A DNA stretch of 64,000 nt, counting the filler, from Barthelona sp. PAP020 (taxonomy: Eukaryota), in NCBI GenBank assembly GCA_040182905.1. It is 18 parts of 18 records of this genome, joined end to end, with 100 filler letters (N's around TTAATTAATTAA, not from the genome) between each part and the next. Parts side by side here need not be neighbours in the genome. Positions count along the whole stretch, not along the records: positions 57,776 to 61,186 come from JARQWU010000745.1; positions 61,287 to 64,000 come from JARQWU010000799.1; 16 more parts are not named here. One strand, given 5' to 3'. Below are positions 57,676 to 64,000 of this stretch, one piece after another; position 1 is the first letter of the stretch, and each line of letters opens with the position of its first letter. The translations under genes and the position numbers were made by a program. The notes beneath the pieces were generated by a model. It was not told where the DNA came from and ran no database searches. It saw only the letters and a list, made by a program, of their open reading frames with translations.

Positions 57676-57972
57676 NNNNNNNNNNNNNNNNNNNNNNNNN
57701 NNNNNNNNNNNNNNNNNNNTTAATTAATTAANNNNNNNNNNNNNNNNNNNNNNNNNNNNNNNNNNNNNNNNNNNNTCGGCAATATGGACATTGCATTTTT
57801 GCAGGTTGGTTACATAATTCACAATACATTTTAACATCCTTTGGATTCGCCAAAGGGTTAATTTGAATTGACATTGTTGATAATTTTTTTTGGAAAGGAT
57901 TTTAAATTAAAAGGGGGAAATTTTTTTTTTCTATATTATAGGATTATTTTATAGGAATTGCACGTGAAAAAA

Positions 57973-60900
57973 ATGAGTACAAGTGATTTGGATGTTGAAA
58001 ATGAAACATCTAAAAATTTACCGCCTGTTGAAGCACGTGATGAAAGTGATGATTTGAAATCCAAAGTTGTTGAAGATGTGTACATAGCCTCAAAAGCTGC
58101 TGATTTCAAAGTTACTTTAGCTACTAAAATGGCAACAATGAAAAACAGCTTTGAAAGAGTTCGATCTTTGGAGAATGAAAATGATAAATTGAATATAATT
58201 GTTAATGAATTAAAAGAAAAGATAAGTGAAAAAATGTTAGATAATACTAGATTAAATGGAGAGAATCAAGAACTGAGAAGTCATTTGGAGATTGTTAAAA
58301 GATCAAACGAACAATTGCAAAGTAATTTTAAATCTTTAGAACGCCATAATTTGGAGTTAAAATCTGATTTGGATGAAAAGTTTGAAGAGATTCAAAATGT
58401 TAAAAATGAACGTGATAAACTTTACAATAATATTGACAATTTTAATAAAGACAAACGCAAATATGATTCAGCAAGCAACGAATATGAAGCCCAAATTGAA
58501 CGTTTGAACATTACGACACAAACTTTACGTAACGAAGTAAATGATCAAAATGAGCTTATTGATAGGTTAAGGAAGGAATTACAAGATGAAAGATTGAAAG
58601 CAAGTGGATCAGACAAAATAATATCTGAAAAGATTGAGGATGCTACCACACACTTAAAATCAGATATTGAGGAATATCGACGTGAAATTAATAGCTTAAG
58701 AACAAAATTGTCTGAAGTATCAAGTGTTCGTTCAGAGCAAGATAAGATGCTTTTAGATACCAAAGGTGAATTAAATATGATGCTGAAATTAAACGAATCA
58801 TTGAAGGAACAAATTGCAGAAATTAAACAAAGAATTCCTGTTGTTAAACAATATAATGATGTTCAAACTGGAACAGTTCTTTCTAATGTTGAAATTATTG
58901 ATATGTGTGAAGAATTAGAAGATCTTCGAAATGTGAAGGAAATGTTACGCAAAAAAGAAGAAGAATTAACTGTTGTTCAGCGTGATCTTGTAAAATCAAC
59001 CAAATCTGCTTCTAAATTCCAAGAAAATTTCACACCTTTGTTGGAACAAAGGTCTGATGAAATTAATGCATTGAAGGAACAATTGAAAAAATTGAAGAAA
59101 GAATTAAATGAAATAAAGGAAAAAAATGAAGAAATTGTTTCCATAAACAATTCTTTAGAAAATGAAGCAAAAAAATTAAGAATTGAAAATCGAAAATGTT
59201 TGGGAATAATTGAAGAAAATAAAGCCTATTTAAGAGAAGCAGATGAAAATTTATCGAATTTAAACGAAATTCGAGAGAATTTGCAAAAGAAAATTGAAGA
59301 AAATATGAATTTATTTAATTCTGAACGTGAATTAAAAAGTGAAAATCGTGAATTACATATTAAAACAACTAACCTAGTTGAAGAAGTGGAAAGTTTAAAA
59401 TATACGATTGGCAAATTAAAAAAGGAACGCGAGGAAATTGAAGAATTAATTGAAAAGACTGTTAAAGAACAAGATAAAAAGGTTATTGCTTTAACATTGG
59501 ATTTGGAGACTGTTTCAGAAAGCAATGCAGATTTACAACGTAGACTTGCAAACTCTGAAGGTAATGGGACTCAATTAGCGAAAATATTAACGAATATAAA
59601 GCGAGAATTAACTAATAAGACAAATGAAGCTGAAAATATGGAAGAATTATTGGAAGAACGGTTAAAACAACTGAATAATTTGTCAAATGTTGAAAAAGAT
59701 AATCAAAATTTAAAGAGTGAGTTAAAAGAAAGTGGAAGAATCAGAAGACAATTGCAAGTTGATATTTTATCTTTGAAAGAGACTATTCAATCTTTTGAAA
59801 ATAAGATTGACTTGTTACAAACTAAAATCAAAGGATTAACAAATGAAAATGAAAAAATTAGTTCCATTATGAAAGTAAAAATTGAAGCTGCAGAACAAAA
59901 AGTTCTGAATTCTGAAAAATTAACAAATGTTTCAAAGTTTGAATTTGATAGCTTAAAAGAGAGATTTGGAGAATTACAAAAGAAATGTTTGGATTATGAA
60001 TATCAATTAAAACAAAATGTTTCTCAGTTTGTATTTGAACAACCACATATTGAAGGTATAGATGTTGGAATTCAAGCAGATATTGATCCTACCACTCAAA
60101 TGGCAGTGAACATTCTTTCAACCAAGATATTGGAGTTGATAGATGTTAGTGATTTTAACAGTAGTAACCTGCTGCAATCATTTGAAAGAGTAGTCAATCA
60201 ATGTCAATTGCTAGTGAATTTAGCTAATCAGCGCAATGAAAAGATCAAGATTTTGGAAGAAGAGATTGGTGAGCTAAATTCAAAAAATAATAATTTAGCT
60301 GTGATCAACAATGAATTATCTTGTAAATTGGAAGGTTTTACTGAAGGAAATTTCACTGATGATCATGTTGGAGAATTGGCTAAATATTTTGATGCTTTAA
60401 AGAAATCAAGTATTATCATCTACAATGCCTTGGAATTATTTAATATTCGTATGAATGATCTATTTGTTGAAGATAGTGAAAATGTTTCTGGTAATAAAAT
60501 CGCATTCAATTTTGAGAATATTACTGCAGTATTTGAAAAATTGAAAAAGGGTGAACTGAAGGAATTTGAAAATAATGTTGATGGGTATTTGGAAAATATC
60601 AGATTTAAAATGTTTGAACTTTTGAAAAATATTCAAAAATCAAAACAAGCTCATAACACTGATGTTTCTAAATATCAAACTGCTTTGAGAAAATTACAAG
60701 AAAAAAGAAATGAATTGACGAATGTCATTCAAAATTTAAACAATCGCTATGAGAATGTTATAAAGGAAAACAATGAAAATGTTAGTAAGTTAAAAGAACA
60801 ACATGAATTATTGTTAGAAGAAAAAGAAAAGGAAATTGAAAACATTGTTGAAAATAATGAAAACCTTTGCAAGGAATATTTGAGCGAAATTGAAAATTTA

Positions 60901-61186
60901 AGAGAAGAGACTGAAAAGCTTCAAGACAGATTGCTGAAAGAAAAATCATCAGAATTAAGTGAATTGTTACAACAGTTAGAAATGGAAAGAAAGGAATCAG
61001 AAGACAGTTTAGATGAACAAAGAGCACTATTTGAAATGAAAAACCTTGAACACGAAGAGATAATCAAATCATTGAAGTTAAAGCATGATGAAAATATTGA
61101 AGAATTGTTGAAAGAAAGAGATTTGAAAGAAAGAGAATTGTTGGAGAGACTTTCAATGGCTTTAGCTGAACATGATACAGTCATGA
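57973..61186 (+). CDS. Long coiled-coil protein, 3' truncated
   Basis: More than 1000 codons of E/K/L/N heptads. Confidence 0.85.
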
Positions 61187-61480
61187 NNNNNNNNNNNNNN
61201 NNNNNNNNNNNNNNNNNNNNNNNNNNNNNNTTAATTAATTAANNNNNNNNNNNNNNNNNNNNNNNNNNNNNNNNNNNNNNNNNNNNTTCAGACATATATA
61301 TATATTAAATAAATCAAATCAAAAATTGCATACAACTGAAAAAGATATGAATGAGGAGAATCAAAGGGCGGTCACTTGGTTTTTTTTTTCAAATTTTAGT
61401 TTATTTCTGCATTAATTTGTTGTTTAATACATAAAGAAGATGTCAAAAATAAAAACAAAGGAGATATTTATAAACAATAA

Positions 61481-63823
61481 TTATTCATCTTTCAATTTTA
61501 CATCAACAGAACCAGTCAATCGTTTTGCAATTTTAATATTTTTTAAGAAAGAAAAATCGGGATTTCTGAAAGTTTTGACAATATTTTGGGCAAATTCTCT
61601 GAAGAATTGAACAGTGAACACGGATTTTCTAATTTTATGTTTGTTTAATGTTTGTGTAAAGCTATTTACAACCACCATTATAATAGATAATAATATTAAA
61701 GCAATAGGCCACAAAATTGGGTTTTTAAGAATTTTCAAAATATCTTTGAAGAAAACAATAAAGATCATCACAAGATATTTGGAAGGAATTATTGAACGAT
61801 TTGTCAATAAATTTGTTTTGATTTTTTCTTCTTCAAAAATTAAATGAGATTCATCCAAAAATTTGTCATAGATAGATTTTGAATCGATATTGGAATTAAA
61901 ATGGTCAATGTTTGCCAAACACATCCAATTAGAATCTGAATCAAATGATTGTTTTTCACATCGTTTAATATCCTCATTAACAGGTTCATCATCAACTTTT
62001 TGTTTCATTTCCACTTCAATGATATTTTCAAATTGTTTTGGAATGGCAATGTTTGACAAAAGGACAAACATATTTTCACACAAAGTCATAACAACAGAAT
62101 ATCTGTCATCAAGGTCAAAATCTATCAAACTATGCCATTTCATAACAAAATATGCTTTCAATCGGGTAAAAATTTCATTTGCCAAATAATCAGAAATTCT
62201 TTTGAAGAGTTGTTGAAACATTTTTTGCAAACAAATTTCAAAACTTTCAACCTCATTACCAAACTTTTTAAACTTTTTAACATGATCATTTTCATATTCT
62301 GCAATGGTCTTTTTAATATCATCCCAACAAATGTTCCATGTGTTTCCACAAGAATCCCAAATAGAAGTCGATGTAATTTCAACATTTGGGTTTATCACAA
62401 CTTCATTGTTCAAAAAACCATCTAAATATTCATTATTCTTGAAATATTTGAGAAAATTTTGAATAAAAATAATCTCAACAAGATCATCAATTTCTTCTTG
62501 TTGAAAAATTATTGCTTGAGATCTTAACAAATTTGTCCATTTCTTATCAGAATAATCAATCAAAAGTTCAACAAAATGATCAACATTAACCTTAATTTCA
62601 AATCTCTTGGGTTTCAAAGATCTGATTTCAAGTTGATATTTTTCAAGCATTTCACTTTTCATTTTCTCAAATTTTTGCTCAAAATCATAAACATATGTTT
62701 GTTTTTTAAATATGCTTTCATATAAGACATCAAATTCTTGTTTAATGTCCAAATAAATGTTATGAATTTTTCTTTGAAAGTCTTGACTCACAAATACAAT
62801 CAATTGTTCTAAAAATTCATTACGTTTCAAAATAACGACATCTTGAGAATAGCCTTGAGCCCTTTTATCAAATTCCTCCATATATTTTTCAATGTGTTCA
62901 TCATAATCATCATTTGATATCTCAAATTCATTCAACAAAGCACTAGCTATTTTAGAAACCCTATAAACAGCTAAACTCACTTTTGCAGAAGGAACATCAA
63001 GTCTTTCATCGTGCTGAATTATATTCCACATATCTGAACAGGTTTTCATAAAATCTTGCAATGGAATATTTTGAGATTTATTTGTCTTCGGCAAATAATT
63101 CAATTCAACATTGGGATCCATCAATGTCTGCAAATCCAAACAACTGGCATTAAAACCATCTGTTGCATGAATAAAATGAGGTACAAAAAAAAATTTCAAT
63201 TCAAACAAATCAGAAAATTCGTATTTCGAACAATCTTCAGAAATACTATCCCAAATGCTCAATAAGGAATTGGTCAAATTCTTTTCAACATTGTTTCTAC
63301 CTGTTCCTTCAAGATTAGGGGGAATATCTCTGATGGTTAAACACAACACTGTTTTAGCTCTATTAGATTCCGAATACAGCTCAACATTTGAAATAAAAAT
63401 TTGTCTTAACAAATTGAACGTTGTTGCTTTTTCTCTTCCAATGTCATGAAACCATATATTCAATAAAACAACATCAGATATGGCCAAACAAAACAAACAA
63501 TATCTCTTCTCAAATTGAGTCATATCTCCTCTTTCTTGGCTATCTGTACCTTCACAATCCAAAATAAACACATTATTGACATTGGTTTCACTCAGCCATA
63601 TTCCTTTTGTCGTTTGATGTCTTCTCTTATCATCCAAAACTTCCATTGAGGTATTGAAAGTCTGATTTATAATTGTTGACTTTCCACTGCTTTGGGGTCC
63701 GACAATAGAAATAATTCGATAATTATCCACCAATGATGAAACATCATTTTCCATGTCATTGTTTTCAAACTTTTCATTTAAATTGAATTCTCCTTCTTCA
63801 CTAATCAAGTGGATCTTTTTCAT
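61481..63823 (-). CDS. SEY1: Sey1/RHD3 ER-fusion GTPase
   Basis: IVGPQSSGKST, QTTKGIW, LDCEGTDSQERG and C-terminal TM hairpin ...ILKNPILW. Confidence 0.92.
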   Translation of the reverse strand: MKKIHLISEEGEFNLNEKFENNDMENDVSSLVDNYRIISIVGPQSSGKSTIINQTFNTSMEVLDDKRRHQTTKGIWLSETNVNNVFILDCEGTDSQERGDMTQFEKRYCLFCLAISDVVLLNIWFHDIGREKATTFNLLRQIFISNVELYSESNRAKTVLCLTIRDIPPNLEGTGRNNVEKNLTNSLLSIWDSISEDCSKYEFSDLFELKFFFVPHFIHATDGFNASCLDLQTLMDPNVELNYLPKTNKSQNIPLQDFMKTCSDMWNIIQHDERLDVPSAKVSLAVYRVSKIASALLNEFEISNDDYDEHIEKYMEEFDKRAQGYSQDVVILKRNEFLEQLIVFVSQDFQRKIHNIYLDIKQEFDVLYESIFKKQTYVYDFEQKFEKMKSEMLEKYQLEIRSLKPKRFEIKVNVDHFVELLIDYSDKKWTNLLRSQAIIFQQEEIDDLVEIIFIQNFLKYFKNNEYLDGFLNNEVVINPNVEITSTSIWDSCGNTWNICWDDIKKTIAEYENDHVKKFKKFGNEVESFEICLQKMFQQLFKRISDYLANEIFTRLKAYFVMKWHSLIDFDLDDRYSVVMTLCENMFVLLSNIAIPKQFENIIEVEMKQKVDDEPVNEDIKRCEKQSFDSDSNWMCLANIDHFNSNIDSKSIYDKFLDESHLIFEEEKIKTNLLTNRSIIPSKYLVMIFIVFFKDILKILKNPILWPIALILLSIIMVVVNSFTQTLNKHKIRKSVFTVQFFREFAQNIVKTFRNPDFSFLKNIKIAKRLTGSVDVKLKDE

Positions 63824-63846
63824 TGAATTGAATTAAATAATTTGTA

Positions 63847-63954
63847 TGTTTTTTTTTTTTTTTTTTTTATTTTGTTTTTTTTTTTTTTTTTAATTCTTTT
63901 ATTTTTTTTATTTTTTTTAATTTTTTTTTAAATTTTTTTTAATTTTTTTTTTTA

Positions 63955-63985
<31 letters not shown>
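63847..63985. repeat. Poly-T/A low-complexity tract
   Basis: Runs of T upstream of SEY1. Confidence 0.7.
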
Positions 63986-64000
63986 TACTTCATTTTTTAT

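Noticed and set aside
58545..61184. Numerous short antisense/overlapping ORFs (Ser/Phe-rich) here and throughout the window
   Set aside because: Shadows of E/K-rich coding sequence on the opposite strand.

Overview
The window is not one locus. It is 18 short (~3.4-3.6 kb, size-sorted) contigs joined by artificial 100-bp N44-TTAATTAATTAA-N44 linkers, so adjacency across a linker means nothing. The DNA is from an AT-rich, gene-dense, intron-poor eukaryote using the standard code. IFT74 indicates a flagellate, a NuoF homolog is compatible with an anaerobe, and it has 35-46 nt GT-AG introns with CTAAC-type branch points. Housekeeping genes include Lsg1, NMT, a proteasome alpha subunit, Rpn10, TFIIS, TPI, Rab32, Sar1, SerRS, Ubc13, GGPPS, RuvBL2, GSK3 and Sey1, plus three tRNAs. 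Most notable: (1) an expanded family in which WD40 or ankyrin repeats are fused to one shared, unrecognised ~70-aa C-terminal domain (W-D-L-x-D-x-N-E-x-N-G-G-N-M), an architecture resembling SOCS-box/F-box substrate adaptors; (2) all three tRNA genes carry a GATCG motif 30-31 nt downstream, followed by a shared modular repeat; (3) one contig has identical 91-bp ends (a circle or collapsed tandem array) and carries a single kinase-coiled-coil-WD40 gene; (4) dispersed hairpin-rich repeats and a foldback element; (5) an outlier contig with an 18-bp minisatellite.
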